From Gnetum montanum (lineage: Eukaryota; Plantae; Gnetophyta): DNA of 64,000 nucleotides. The position numbers and the translations under genes were made by a program. Location: positions 1,558-65,557 of the forward strand of contig MNCI01002548.1 of assembly GCA_015680685.1 (NCBI GenBank), given 5' to 3'. Positions 12,387 to 26,144 of the stretch are shown piece by piece. The notes under the pieces are model-generated. The model was not told the DNA's origin. It did no database searches and saw only the letters and a program-made list of their open reading frames with translations. The first letter of the stretch is position 1. The number at the start of each line of letters is the position of its first letter.

Positions 12387-13503
12387 TATTGACCTTTTGG
12401 TATGTAAAAATGTTAAGAAAAATGGAGAACAAGAATGTTTGTGTGTTTGTAGGGAAAGGACATGGACATGGATTTTGAGACAAGAGAAGAGCTTTAACTA
12501 GAACGACATCATCAAAGTCTCAGGAATATGTGTGGAAGTTTAAGGAGCATGGCCAAGGAATGAAGACATCAAAATGTGACTCCAATGATTAGGGACAAGC
12601 ACAAAGGATTTCAAAGTGAAGAAAGACATCTCCAAAAAATAGTAGATTTCTTGGCTAAGTCGAAGATTGAATAGACAAAGAAATCTTTGAAAAATAGTAG
12701 ACATCTTTCTGGAGAGAAAGAAATCTTCTTGAAGATGTCTCTAGAAAGATGTCTTTCTTGAAGAAAAGGCATCTCTCCTGAATGAAGATCTAATGCAGAA
12801 AGATGTCTTAGCCTCAAAGAAGAAGTCTCTAGTGATGGTTAGATAGCCATTTCATAAATTCCAAGGTGATTTTGGAAACATATTTGCTATAAAAAAAATT
12901 CATTCCATTGGGAAATGAACAAGAATTGTTGTACTTTCAAGTGTCATACCAAACAATCATTATATTAATAATTAGTGTGATATTATTCCTCATTATACTA
13001 TCTTTTGTCTATTGTAATTTTTCGAAGTGAGCTATACCTCGTTGTGCAATAATAAACAAGTTTAGTTGCATTTCTACCTTGTAATTTTTGATTTTCTTGT
13101 TACCTTGCAGGGCAGATGTGCTTCCTATGGGACAACGTCATCTTTGAGCTTGTCGAGATCCTACAAGATTGAGTGATTGTGTAGTGTCACAACACTCCAG
13201 AGCAAAGCTCAAGTTGGGATATTGAACACCACATTCTAAGTTTGTCAAGAACTTGTGAGGTTGAGTATATTCTTAGCGTCAAATGACTTCAGAGTGGATC
13301 TTAGAGCTTGTATAGGGTGTGGTAGCCTTCAAACCACATTTGAGAGCAACAAATTTTGGAGGTGTGCTTGCGAACTAGCCTCTAAGTGTGGACTACCCAA
13401 ATTGTGAAATCACATTAAATCTGGTGTGTGCTTTGTATCAATGAATTTTTAATTTGGGGAACTTATTCATCCCCCCAAATCCTTCTAAATTCAATGATCC
13501 TCA
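12387..13503 (+). repeat. Sirevirus (SIRE/Maximus)-type copia LTR
   Basis: Starts tattgacc (decayed TGTTG). It has the C-rich attcatcccccc signal near the end, ends gatcctCA, is followed by a Met PBS, and is related to the LTRs at 24882, 29462 and 34145. Confidence 0.75.
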
Positions 13504-13505
13504 AG

Positions 13506-13517
13506 TGGTATTAGAGC
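13506..13517 (+). promoter_or_regulatory. Primer-binding site, tRNA-iMet
   Basis: TGGTATTAGAGC vs consensus TGGTATCAGAGC. Confidence 0.88.
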
Positions 13518-13555
13518 TTGTTACTCTTATTCATCATCAACTTCAAGAGTGAAAA

Positions 13556-14545
13556 ATGGAGGAGACATCTTATACAAAGCCATCCATGTTTGATGTATTT
13601 GACTTTACCTATTGAAAAGATAAAATGCAAGGATTCTTTGAATTCATGGAGTTTGAAATCTGGGAGTCTATCCTTGAAGGCTACACTCCACCTATTGACA
13701 ACTCCATCGGAACCATCAAGCCTCACAAGAAATTGACACAAGAGGAGAAAGATAATTTTTTGTTTGACTCAAAAGATAAAATTTGTTTATATTATAATTT
13801 AAATAAATTTGAGTTTAATAGAGTAGCAGGTTGTAAAATGGCCAAATAAATTTTACAAACTTTAGAGGCTACTTATGAAGGAACCTCTATTGTCAAACAA
13901 TCTAAATTTTTAGTTTTGTAAAGCAAATATGATAAGTTTAAAATGAGATAAGGTGAGAAAATAAAAGATTAGTTCTCTAGAGTAAATGATATTGTTATAG
14001 CTATTAGATGTACTGGTAAATATTTGCATAAGAGTGATGTCATCATTGAAATAATCAAAACTCTTCAATTGTAGTTCAGACCAAAGGTCACAACTATTGA
14101 AGAAATCATAGGTTTTTCAACTTTAAAATTTGAAGAGCTTCAAAGTGCTCTCATTACTTATAAAATGAATCCCATAAGTGTGGGGACCATGTAAGAGAAA
14201 CTCATTACTCTAAAGACTACCTCCAAGGAGAAGGTGCTCAATGAGTATGATGAGGGCAGCGAAGATGAGATTGCCTTTCTCTCAAGAAAGGCACAAAAAT
14301 TGTTAACAAGAAGAAATAAGTGAACATATAAGCAAAGATCAAATTCATTCAAAAGTAAAGAAAGAGGTAAAAAATATTTGAATTCTAACTTAGATTTCTC
14401 TTCTATAGAATGTTGCGTTTGTGGAGGAAGAGGCCATATGGCCTCCAAATTTTCTAGTGATAGTAGGTTGCAACACAAGAATAGATACATTGATGAGGTA
14501 AAGAAAAATAACTTTTCTTCGAGTTGAGATGATGGGGAGAAGAGT
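13556..14545 (+). pseudogene. gag: Decayed Sirevirus gag (UBN2-type core plus zinc knuckle), truncated by an insertion
   Basis: MEETSYTKPSMFD...FEIWESILEGY...LEATYEGTSIVKQSK...FKMR...FSRVNDIV...FRPKVTTIEE...CCVCGGRGHMASK. Confidence 0.88.
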
Positions 14546-15463
14546 GAGGAAGAGGTGGAGAAATAATCAAGTAGAGGACCATAGGTTACATGAGGGTAAG
14601 ATATCTGAAATATGGTGAAGAACACTTAACATTAATTTACTCTAACAAAGAAATAAACATTATCATTTAATCATTCAATCTTATGAATAATATCATTACA
14701 AAAAATCATTAACAAAATTCAATCCTATATCTAGAAGTTCTCTAAATATCTATCTCTCTATTTTCTTAGTGTATCCCCTTTATTAGTCTTTTTTGAAATT
14801 TCTCTTATAGGTCCACTTCAAACCAATGCAAAAATGGCTTTGATTCATGGTTGCAATAACTTCTAGCTAATGGCTATGATTGGGTGTGAGTTGCAACTAG
14901 GTTGTAGTTCCTTTTCTAAAGAAGAATCACCAAGTAAATCAATTTTTGTGAGCTACTACGATCAGCAATCTCAGTCAACCATTCCCAATAGTTGAGTGTT
15001 CAAATATAAATAGCCAAATAGCTAAATTAATTAAGAAAAATTCATAATGACTATGATAGGGATGTAAGTTACAAGAACAAAGACTAATTTATTTAATTTT
15101 TTGTTATAGATTAAATTATGAATGGTTACAGGTGGCATCTAAAAAATTTTTTTAGCTATAGGCTCATTCAAGTCACATGAGCTTGTACTAACTCATCCAA
15201 GTCCAATATAGTTTTTGTGCTACTGTCATCTTCATTTAAAGCTAACTCCACTTGCTCTTCAATCCTCTAATGTTGGAATTCAACTCTTGATGACTGTAGG
15301 ATAGGTATTGTTTTCTTGCTAAGTTGAAAAATCATTAGAACTTACATTACAAGTTAAGACTTTGACCTATAACTGGCTATAGGTCACATGAGCTTCTAGC
15401 TAATCATCCAAGCTTACAAAATAGAGGAACAAGGTGTAAGGGGCTTCAATTCATGTCTTAACA
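14545..15463 (-). repeat. 3' LTR of the 14545-23763 element
   Basis: Aligns throughout with 22811-23763, e.g. ggtgaagaa(c/t)acttaacatt...tctaacaaagaaataaa. Confidence 0.85.
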
Positions 15464-15899
15464 TAGTCCCCAACTAGCACTTTATCATCTCAATAAAAGG
15501 GAGTAAATGAATGTATATGAATTAATGGAAATACAATAAATAGAGATCAGATAATAGAAATAGTTCCCTCTATCATAACATTTAAAATATACAATTAAGA
15601 GAAGAGAAAGAAGAAGTGGGATATAATATGTTGAATCCAAAGAGGCTAAGCATTCCTTGAAAGAATGTGCAGAAGCCTCTGTTAAAGAAGGATATTGAGG
15701 CACATCATTACCTACCTCCTCACTCATAAAGTCCTATTTTGTCACCTTGTCATCCACTTGGTTAATAGGGCTAGATGGTTCTAGCCTAATGAGCATCGAT
15801 AATCAGGGATCCCATCGGTGCAAATTCTAGGTTCATTGATTGATCCACCTCTTGGTGATAAATATTTTTGTGGAGTTTCCTCATCATTGAAAATAGATG

Positions 15900-17000
15900 A
15901 TATCCTAGGATCTTGACATTGGAGGAAAAATGGTACTACCTTCTCTCTAATTAATCACAATGGGCATGAAGATGCACCTTCATTTGATTACACTATGTAA
16001 TGAGACCTACCTAAAGGGCATCCAATTGGGCCATGAGCTAATATTCAGCTTTGACTAAAGCTTAATTAGCCCTTGCCATGCCCTACTACTACTATGGCTA
16101 TTGTTGTGGTTGTTGCTACTATATATTGGCATAATGGGCCTCCCAAATAGCCCCACCTCAATCTCCTTGAATTCATGGATCAAGGATCCATTAAACCTTT
16201 GCAAAGTATGTCTTGAGAGAAACTATTAGGTGTAGAAGACACATCCAAAATTTGAGAATTGGTCCTTATCCCATGCAATAATCTCCTTGATGGGCAATGT
16301 AGGTGGACAAATCTTGAAGTGCTGATACAATGCTGAGATCACTAATGGAAAATAGACCCTATTAGCATCTCAGATTGCCAACTCCATCCTAGACAATATA
16401 CTATATAGATAAATGATGATGCAAGGGTCCTCCAAATCACTAATCACTAACATGCCAAAGGACATTACATGTGTAAAATGATAGCTACCCATGATGTTCA
16501 TCATGATAGCCCTTACAATAATCCTCCTTTCAGGAGAGATTCTTGTAAGTCCATTCCATCTTATCCATCTCTACATCAAGGAAGAGCTTCACCAAATGGA
16601 TCTTCTAGTTCGATGATGCCACTACAAAATCTTTTTTGTTTAGTCCTACTTGCATCTCAAGGACCTTAACAATGAGGGCCTCACTAATGTTATAGGACCT
16701 AGTGCCAACCTGAAAATTGCATGAAGTAAGGGAGGTCCTCTAGAATGTTAGGTAGAACTGGTGAGCCTCCTACTTGTAGAATTTATTGCTTACTGTCAAG
16801 ATAGAATTCAAGTTATGCATTGTCAAATTCATTGTAACTAGTGAATTCACTAGTTTCAATAGGGACCTGAAATTCCTAGGTGCCCTTAATGAAATCATAG
16901 GGAACTTTGCCTCTTGGTGCACACATTCCATGTGCTTCCTATGAATGTGTTCCTACTCTTCCTCCTAAGCATGTCTCTATGCTATCAAATTTATAGCCAC
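15900..17000 (-). pseudogene. Decayed extra ORF between pol and the 3' LTR (Athila env-like / putative plant transposon protein type)
   Basis: Coding-like minus-strand frame with EAHQFYLTF (resembles LVREFYAN) and RVYFPLVISALY. Its position is typical of the Athila extra ORF. Confidence 0.45.
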
Positions 17001-19744
17001 TAAGGTTGTCCCTATAGATGCTTCCTCTTCCATTGGGATGTGTGAGAAGTTCCTTGCTACATGGAAGATCATTATACATATATGAATAATATAATGCATA
17101 AACAAAAACATGAAAAAAATGCAATAAAAAATAAAATCCAAATTTCAAATACATAATTCAATTAAATACAAAAAATATAAAATAGAACTATAACACTTGA
17201 TACTCGTAATTCTTAAATTTCAACATTGTTAGTTCCTCCTACTAGGTTTACATTGTCCCCAACATACTTGCCTAGTGTAGAGATGAATAATAACTATCCA
17301 TGGTAGATGAAAAATTTTAATTACATAATGATTGCTCTCTGTAACAACTCAGAATAGATTGAGGACTATAGCATAACATGGTACACACAAAATATCATAC
17401 TATGAAATCATCCTTAAATTGTAGTTATCATTTTCTAGCTCTAGCTTAGAAAAGAAGAAAAAACAAATTTTGCTTAATGTTGAATTATCTCAAGAAAGAT
17501 AGCTATATTTACACATAATGCCATTTCTAGGAATAAAATTGAATTCCAATTGTTCATGCATAGACCCAACATCATCATGCTATATTAGAGATACCTAGCT
17601 TAATTCCTAAGTAGGAATCAAACTCCTAAACATTTAAAGACACAAAAGATTCTATTTATCTATACAGTTCCCAACATTATCTTAATGCTTAATTATACAT
17701 TAAGTAGAAACCAAAAGCTTCCAGAAGTTAAAAAGAAAAACAAAAATCTAATTTATTGCACATACAAAATCATAGAAATATTTTGAATAACCAAAAAAAA
17801 AAAGAAAAAAAGATTAGCGTACCAAGAGAGACACCAAAGACCTAAGATTCATCCATACCATCTTTACTGATCTCCAAAAATAATGTTGATGCTTTAAATT
17901 TGGTAGCCATAGTATACAATACAAAATCAGAGGGAAAAAATAAAGAACAATAGTTTTGATGCCTACATTAGGATTTTGAAAAGGAGTAAACACTTGGAGG
18001 TTAGATTTGGTGGGTATGCTCGGAAAAGCAACTTGTCTAAGCTCTAGAATGAGTCTTGTGGTGCTTTGCGATGCAAAATGAGGTTTTATTTTGTGGAACA
18101 TGCTTTTATTTATTCTTTTTTTAATTTTCTTGCAACTAACTACAAGTTGCAACCTCTTGTAATACAAAAATAAGAAATTTTAAAAATTCAAAGTTATGAT
18201 CAACTATAGAACGCACTTATCCATATTGTTTTAAAATCCAAAAAAATAACATTATAGTGTGGCAAGATGCGAGTTGTAGCTGTCTACACTATATGAAACT
18301 TGAAAACATGGACTTCAAAGTGCAATGAATTATGATCCATAGCCCATCATAAGTGTTAGCCTTCAATATATTAAACTTCCAAGGTTATTGCAACTGGTAA
18401 TCAATCCCATAATGAAATTCTGAGTGAATGTGAGTCACATGCTCCTTGCACTTTCTAGTCCAAAATAATTCTCCAAAAAATATTTAAGAAACAAAAATAG
18501 AAAATAGAGTAAACAAAAATAAAGCAAAAATAATGAAGAAAAAATTTATGATAATGAAATAACTAAGGTGTTAGTACTTTGGATATATCAAGACATTAGG
18601 TGATAATCTCAAGTAAGGACTCCAAAAAGCATAAGACAAACACATGGCATTGTCATGTTCAGACTATCATGAATCATGTTTATCACTTATTCATGTCGTA
18701 TGTTACTAAAACTCTCCAAAAAAAGAAAAGAAAAAAACTTCACTACTAATAGTAGTTGTTGGTAATGAAGACTCTTTATCATCAACATAATAAACTTATT
18801 GTGTGACCATTTATAAGAGAGAGATTTAGCATCCAAAACATATTATTACCTAATAATCATTTTTTCTTTCCTTTTTTCTTTTTTTATATTTAGTAATTAT
18901 AGAATTGCTGCATTGAAATCAGAACATGATTCATAAACAATGAAAACTATTTTTGTAGTGCATCTCCATGATTACAATGGGATAAGATGTCAATTAGAAT
19001 TTTTTTTTAATTCTCTACACCTACTATAGGTTATGATTGCTTGTTGTACTACCATCAGAACATGGTTTTCAAACAATGGAAACTTTGCTTCTGGTACAAA
19101 TTCAATCCCTATGCAAGTCATTCTTCATGTGTACCTCTATGGTTCATGTTTAATATCTCATGATGTCTCATATCCCATGTCCCCAATTAAGGAATACCCA
19201 AATAAGGAATACCCATAGCATCAAGTTTGTTATGAGATGACATATTTAGTTAACAATATGCCTAGTACAATCCAAGAGAATTTAATTAGTTTCCAACTAA
19301 AAAGGTAACCAACTCTGTTCATAGTCCAACCTTTGCTCTATTTATAATGAAATATAAAATTTTAAAAATATTTCAAAGAAAACATTTTCCAACAATTCAT
19401 GCCATAAAAAACATCAAACCTCTATTAATTTAACTCATTGAAGCATAAATACTATGAAAGGTGTGTTTTCAAAGACATTACCAAAGACTTGATAACAACA
19501 ATTATCACTACCATGCATGAGTATTACTAGAAATATAATGTATGGCTTATAATACCTATCATTTAATACTTGTAGAAGACTAAATACATAACAACACGGT
19601 TATTAACCGATCATAATAAGAAGCATGAAGATCAAACAATATCATAAGGATCCATTCAAACCTAGTCCATGAACAAATTAAATTCAACTTGGTAAGAAAA
19701 AGAATTATATATGGTAGTTGTCTCATTATTAAGAAAGGGCTATT

Positions 19745-21135
19745 GTTCAAAATAATGTTTAAGTCATTGACCATTTATATGTAAAGACTCAAAACTATCA
19801 GGCCTAGAAATATTAGTAATGTTAAATGGTCCCTTCCATTTTAATACTAATTTCCCAACAAAATTTTTTAATAACACTAAGTCATATTTTGAGAACAACT
19901 TCCTCATGATCTTTATTTCATGCCACATTATCATCTATTTCTTATACAAACTTTGCCTATCTAAAGCATGCATTTGATATTCATCTAAATGGTTAAAAGT
20001 TAATAAATAGGAGAATAGACATGAGTAAGTGTTCATGCATTTGAAAGAACTTGCTTTATATCAAAGAAGGAACAAGAAATTACTTATTGAAAACTAGTTC
20101 ATACAAGGCAAACCTAAGAGATGACTTATATGATGTACGAATAGCCTACAATGCATCTAGAAAATGATAAAACTAATATGTTCTATTCTTTCCTACGACT
20201 TTTTGCAAAATGTTTTTGATTGGCTTATTCATACTTTCAACTAAACCATTTGATTGAGGATGATAGGTAGAGCAATCCAATGTATAATTCCCATTTTGTA
20301 TAACAATTTCTACATGATATCATTAACAAAATGTGTATCTCAATCACTAATTAAGATTTTTTGGTCCTCAAAGAATGGAATTAAGTCTTCTCTCAAGAAC
20401 CTAACTAGCATTTTAGCATCATCATGCTTAGTTGCTTTTACAAAGCCGATTTGGTAACATAATCAATGGAAAATAAAATATACTTACAAGAGTTACTTGA
20501 AGAAAAAGGGCCCATAAAATCAATGCCCTAATAATCAAAGGACTCACACTCCATTGAGACAGGAAACAATGGCATTTCTTGCCATCTTGAATTTCCTCCC
20601 ATTTGCTAGCATTGATCACATCTCTTACAATATTCATAAATCTCTTTAAACAAAGTAGGCCAATAAAAACTACCATGGAGAAATTTGTATGAAGTTTTCT
20701 TACTTGAAAAGTGATCTTCACAGTCTCTATCAGGGTTTAAAGCAATTACCTCTTATTGTTCTTATTTGAGTAGACATCATCAAATGATCTAATTTTTGCA
20801 AATCTTACACATGAATGGATCCTTCCAAATGAACCATTGTGCCATAATGATGAAGGCCTATTTTTGTCCTTTAGTCCAAGACTTAGGTAATTTGCATAAG
20901 GAATGAGCAATATCTGCATACTAAGAATTTATAACCTTAGGAATAACAATCCAAGCCCAATAAGCAAATAATTGCTTATTTGGAAATAAATTGTTAAAAG
21001 TGTGAGATGTGTCCAAATCTACATTATTGTCCAATCTAGACAAATGATCTACTACTAAATATTTAGATCCCTTCTTATCACATATCATCAAATCAAATTT
21101 TTATAGCAAAAGACACCAACAAATCAATCTTGTAC
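19745..21135 (-). pseudogene. pol: RNase H C-terminus plus integrase (decayed)
   Basis: RLICWCLLL*KFDLMICDKKGSKYLVVDHLSRL; FYWPTLFK; GIDFMGPF; ISD*DTHFVN; STYHPQSNGLVESMNK; GKLVLKWKGPF...NGQ*LKHY. Confidence 0.9.
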
Positions 21136-21149
21136 TTTTAATTTTTTTA

Positions 21150-21265
21150 TTATGTAAATGATTCAAATGCTTATATATGATGATATGAGACTTCATCATT
21201 TATACCATAGAATTGAGGGAATTTTGATAAATTTTTAATTTCAACATCTTGATTAGCATGAAACA

Positions 21266-21342
<77 letters not shown>

Positions 21343-22430
21343 GTTGGGTGGGGGAGAGTGTTTGTTGATTTTCTCCCCATTAAATCATTTAATGAAATTT
21401 GATTAGACATTCCTTGATAAGAAACTTAATTCTAAAATTGTAAAAATTGATATAATTTTAGGGGTACTAAATGATGAGATAATAGGTGTGACATTTGGTA
21501 TAATCCTTAATGTGGAATTTATTGTCGAGCCATAGATTGTGTTTGGGAAGTATGCACATTGAATATTAATTGGACATTTTGAGAAATATGCACTACTGAT
21601 TGGATACTATAATAGGGTTGTTGGGGGTACTTGCATAAGTGTAGTTTGTTATGGTGCTAGTGGTTGAATAGTTGTATGACTTGATGTAGGAACATGTTGT
21701 GTATTAAAAGAAATGGGAGGTTGTGCTACAGATTGATGAATGTGAGCCATATTAGAATAATTCATATGTTCAATAGGTTGTCCTAATTGAGAAACTATTG
21801 GAGAAATATTTGATGTGTTAAGTACTTGGGCTAAAATAGGAAGATAGTGAGAAATTAGTTAATTAGGTGATTTTGGCCATGTATGTTGGGCAGATTGTGT
21901 TAAAGCATTTAACAAAGTTTGATTATTAGCTTGTAAATGTTGTTGAAAAAAAATTATCAAAAGGATTACTATGAGTATTGGCATATTACATAACATGAAC
22001 TTGTGAAGGGATAGATTAAGGACAAGAAGATGGACCAACCATTTGTGTGGATAAGGAAAAAGCTAATTGTGTTGAGGGAGAAGAGTCTAATTGAATTTTA
22101 GAATTAAAAACTAATGTACCAAATCCAAACTTAGTAGGCATACCAAGAGTCATGGAGACCTGATTGGGTTGAGTGGCATTGGGAAATAGGATGGAAAACT
22201 GATTCCCACTTGTTGTAACAGTAACTAGAATACTAATTTTATCTACCACATTAATTCTAGTGCCTATACTTGTAGGTTTTTGTTGATCTATCTATGAGAT
22301 TGGTGATGCTTCATGTTGGAATGAACTTTGACCTTCTTAACCTTTGGAGTTTTGCGATGAAGGTGATTCTTTTGATGATATTAAAATCATTTTATTTCTT
22401 TTCTTGGGTATGTATGAAGAAGGAACAATA
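21150..22430 (-). pseudogene. gag: gag N-terminal remnant (P/T/Q-rich leader plus start of gag core)
   Basis: KFPQFYGINDEVSYHHI*AFE resembles Athila gag LPKFHG..EDP..HL..F. It is fused directly to the RNase H tail. Confidence 0.6.
21269..21339. repeat. (GA)n microsatellite, about 35 units
   Basis: Read directly, with one GATA interruption. Confidence 0.97.
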
Positions 22431-22810
22431 TCACGTACCAATCTTTGACCTTTCTCATGAATCCAAAACATAAACATATAAAGAAATAATAAGTAAAGAA
22501 GAGATAAAAAGGAAACGAATTAAAAAAATTAAAGTATACTATAAAAAGCATTCAATGTGAATAAGTGCTTCATCAATCATCAGTATCTCAAAATCAATAA
22601 AAAACATCTACATATCAATAAACGTCACTTGAAATTATAATAATTGTAATAGACACAAATTGATAGGCTAGTTCAAACCTATAGAAATGATTAAAATATC
22701 AAAAAAATAATAAATCAAACAAATTTTAAATCTAGAAAATATCATCATAACCCATAACTATTGCAACAATGTCAAAATGTTATGATATTCTTTATTTAGT
22801 AGTGCTTGTA

Positions 22811-23763
22811 TTTTAGGATGTGGGAAACAATCAAGCAAAGGACCACAAGTTATGTGAGGGTAAGGTGCCAGAATTATGGTGAAGAATACTTAACATTATT
22901 CACTCTAACAAAGAAATAAATGTTATCATTCAATCAATTAATTGCAAGAATAATCTCATTACAACAAATCATTAACAAACTTCAATCCTATACCCACAAG
23001 TTATTTGAATATCTATCTCTCTATTTTCTCTATGTATCTTCCTTATCTATCTTTTCTAGAATTCATCTTATAGTTCTACTTCAAACTGATGAAAAAATGA
23101 CTTTGGTTGACGGTTGCAATAACTTTTGGCTAATGGTTGCGACAAATTGGGAGTTGTAGCTAGGTCACATCTTCCTATCCAAAGTAGAATCACCAAGTCA
23201 ATCAACTATTGTTAGCTATTACAATCAATAGTCTTATTCAACCATTTGTAATGGTTAAGTATTCAAATCCAAACAGTCAAATAGATGAACTAAGTAAGAA
23301 AAATTTATAATGTCTATAACATGTATGTGAGTCACATGAACTCACATTAATGAATTCAATTTTCTATTATAAATTAAATTATGAGTGGCTGTAAGCAGCA
23401 TCTGAAGAAAATGCTAAGCTATAGGCTCATGCATGTCACATGAACTTCAAGTACCATTTCCAACTTAAATATAGCTTCTAAGCTAGCACCATCTGTATTT
23501 AAAGCTAACATCACTTTCTCTTCAATCCTTTGATTCTAGAATTAGACCCCCCATGAACATAGGATAGGCATTGTTTCCTTGATGAGTTGGAAACTCATTA
23601 TAACTTACATTATGGGTTAAGACTCTAAGCTATGGATGGCTATGAGTTGTATGAGCTCCAAGCTACTTGTCTAAGCTTACAAAAAAGAAGAAGAAGAAGA
23701 AGAAGAAGAAGAAGAAGAAGAAGAAGGAAAATGAGTCAAGAGAAATCACTCCACATCCTAACA
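22811..23763 (-). repeat. 5' LTR of the 14545-23763 element
   Basis: ttttaggatgtgg...ccacatcctaaca inverted termini; homologous to 14545-15463. Confidence 0.87.
23685..23726. repeat. (GAA)n microsatellite inside the LTR
   Basis: About 14 units; absent at the equivalent site in the partner LTR (near 15420). Confidence 0.95.
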
Positions 23764-24881
23764 GGAGTCCATAGTGCTAAATGAGTAAGAAAAATTCTAT
23801 TCATATTTCAATTATGGTAAAGTATCTTACGTAAAAGTATAAGCTAATTTTGGTCAAGTTACTTTTGAATATTTTACCTTAAGATGGCTTCTTGGTGTTG
23901 GTAATTGATATTGACATGAGTATATATATTTGTTTTATGAGCATCCAGTTGATGATATGATTGGTTGTGCTTGATCTTTTAAGATATTTAGCATGATAAT
24001 TTGTGTAGCTTTTCCCATTCCTATGTTTATTGCATCTAAGGTCTTTAAAATTAGATGTGTTGTTCCACTTTCCTTGAAATGGAATTGATTTACATTACCT
24101 TTTTACTGATGTTCAAAAAGGGGGAGAAAGTATTTAGACCTAAATTTTGATTTTTGATGTTATAATTTGCTAGACAACCATCACAAACTATATGATGTGA
24201 AGCCTATATGTTATGACTTGATTTTTATTATATATGTGAATATATCTTTGGCTACAAACTTTTGTTTACCATGGCATGATGTTTTAGAGATAAGATACTT
24301 ATTTTTAGTACTCAACCTTTGGAGTTTAACCTTTGAAATTACATGAAAATATTCTTGGACATAAGGCTTTAACTAGATGTGGTTCATAAATTATTGATTT
24401 TGAATTTTAGTATGAATAGATATGGATAGCTCTCAATGAAACTTCTTTTTCTTGATGATCCCTGTGAAACCTATGTTGAAGGATGTGTACTCATTAACCA
24501 CTATCCACCTCTTTTTCATTGTTATCTATTTATTACTCTATCATATGATGTTATGTTATGTTATGTATATTTTATGGTGAATACTTTATTTTCATGGATT
24601 TATCTTTGGATAGCATTTTTCATGGTTGCTTATACTATATGGTTGGGCTTGCATATTGGACAATTTTGGGTAGGCTTTTGATGTGAACTATGTCTTATTT
24701 ATCCTATGTGATCATGGTTGATGGATGTATGCTAACTAACCATTTTTCATATTCCTTTTCATCCTTGCTATCATAGGATCTTTTTGTTTAGATATGTTAT
24801 TATTTGTCAATATTATGTTGCTTATCATGGACTATGCTAACCCATTTTCTTAATTTTTGAACATCACTAAAAGGATGAGAT

Positions 24882-26094
24882 TGTTGACTTTTTGGAATGG
24901 AAAAACCTTGAAAAATGGAAAAAGTGAATAATGTGCTTGTGAGGTCTTGTAGGAAAAGGAAAGAAGTAAGACAAGAGCAAGAGAAGAGCATGAACAAGAC
25001 AAGACCATGAGAAGAGCATGATGTGATTAAGACAAGGGCTTAGATGATGTCAAGACTAGCTCATGATGAGATTGGGACAAGAGCTTTATGAAATTGTGAT
25101 AAAGAGAATTATGAGATCAAGAGAAAGAGAAAGTTGAGACCAATATGAGAGTTGAATTGACATCAACTAGAAAAAAAGATGAAAGATGTTTAGAATCTAA
25201 AAGAAGATGTTTCGATATATACTAATGCATCCTAAAAGAATAGTAGATTTCCCATTGGAAAAAGCTAAATGTTAGACCAAACATCCCATAAAGACAATAG
25301 ACATCCTAATGTACTTGATACATCCTAGTTGGAATATTCCATGTGAGATGTTTTAATTTTTAGTGGAACATCTTCCCTACAATTACAACAAGATAGTAGG
25401 ATGTCTCAAGCTTAAGTGAGATATCCCAACTAGCCATTAGAAACCATTGCACAAACTTCAACTATAACAAAGCAATAACCAAAGTAATCAAAGAAGTCAT
25501 AATGGCTTGGGAAAGTGAAGTACTTTTTATATCAATATTCCTTTATTGTATACATCTTGTGAATTAGTTTGTCCTTCAATTTTCTATCTTTTGTGAGTTG
25601 TGTTTTATATTGTGAGAACCTAAACGCAAGAAATTTCTAAAGTGTAGTTACATTCTCTTATTGACTGTATTTCTTCATTTGTAAGTCATGTAGGGTTAAT
25701 GTGCCTTTTTGTGAAAGACATTCATTAAGCTTGTTGGGACCTTGTGGCATTAAGTATATTTCTTGAGAGAAAACATTGTGTGTGGAGGTCATGTGATTAT
25801 AAAGGTTGTGGAATCCTTGAAACCACATATTAAGCTTGATGGAACCTTACAAGGTTGAGTATGTTTCTTAAGAGAAAACACTCCTTCTGGAGCTTAAAAT
25901 TTATAAAGGTTGTGGTGTCCTTGAAATCATATTTTTGAAGGAACACAAGTTTTGAGGTATACAAGGATTCTACTCTCCAAGTGTGGAAGTACCCAAGTTG
26001 GTGAACCACATACATCAATGTGTGATTTTGGTTTTTCTTGGTTGTTTGAACTTGTGAAACTTATTCAACCCTCCTTCTATGTTTTTGATCCTCA
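24882..26094 (+). repeat. Sirevirus-type LTR 1 (shared)
   Basis: TGTTG...attcaaccctcc...gatcctCA, with PPT before and PBS TGATATCAAAGC (26097-26108) after. Contains an internal duplication of about 110 bp. Confidence 0.9.
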
Positions 26095-26144
26095 AGTGAT
26101 ATCAAAGCTTGGTACTCTCAATTTTGAGCTTACCATCTTAGGAG

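Larger units (their letters stand above)
14545..23763 (-). mobile_element. Athila-like Ty3/gypsy element with a large internal deletion and an extra 3' ORF
   Basis: LTR pair at about 14545-15463 and 22811-23763 (inverted termini tgttaggatgtgg), PPT-like agttggggacta next to the 3' LTR, and gag N-terminus, RNase H tail and integrase on the minus strand. Left end is degraded; no TSD or PBS recognised. Confidence 0.82.

Noticed and set aside
22780-22810. PBS of the 14545-23763 element
   Set aside because: The minus-strand sequence tacaagcactactaaataaag matches no tRNA 3' end that I can identify.
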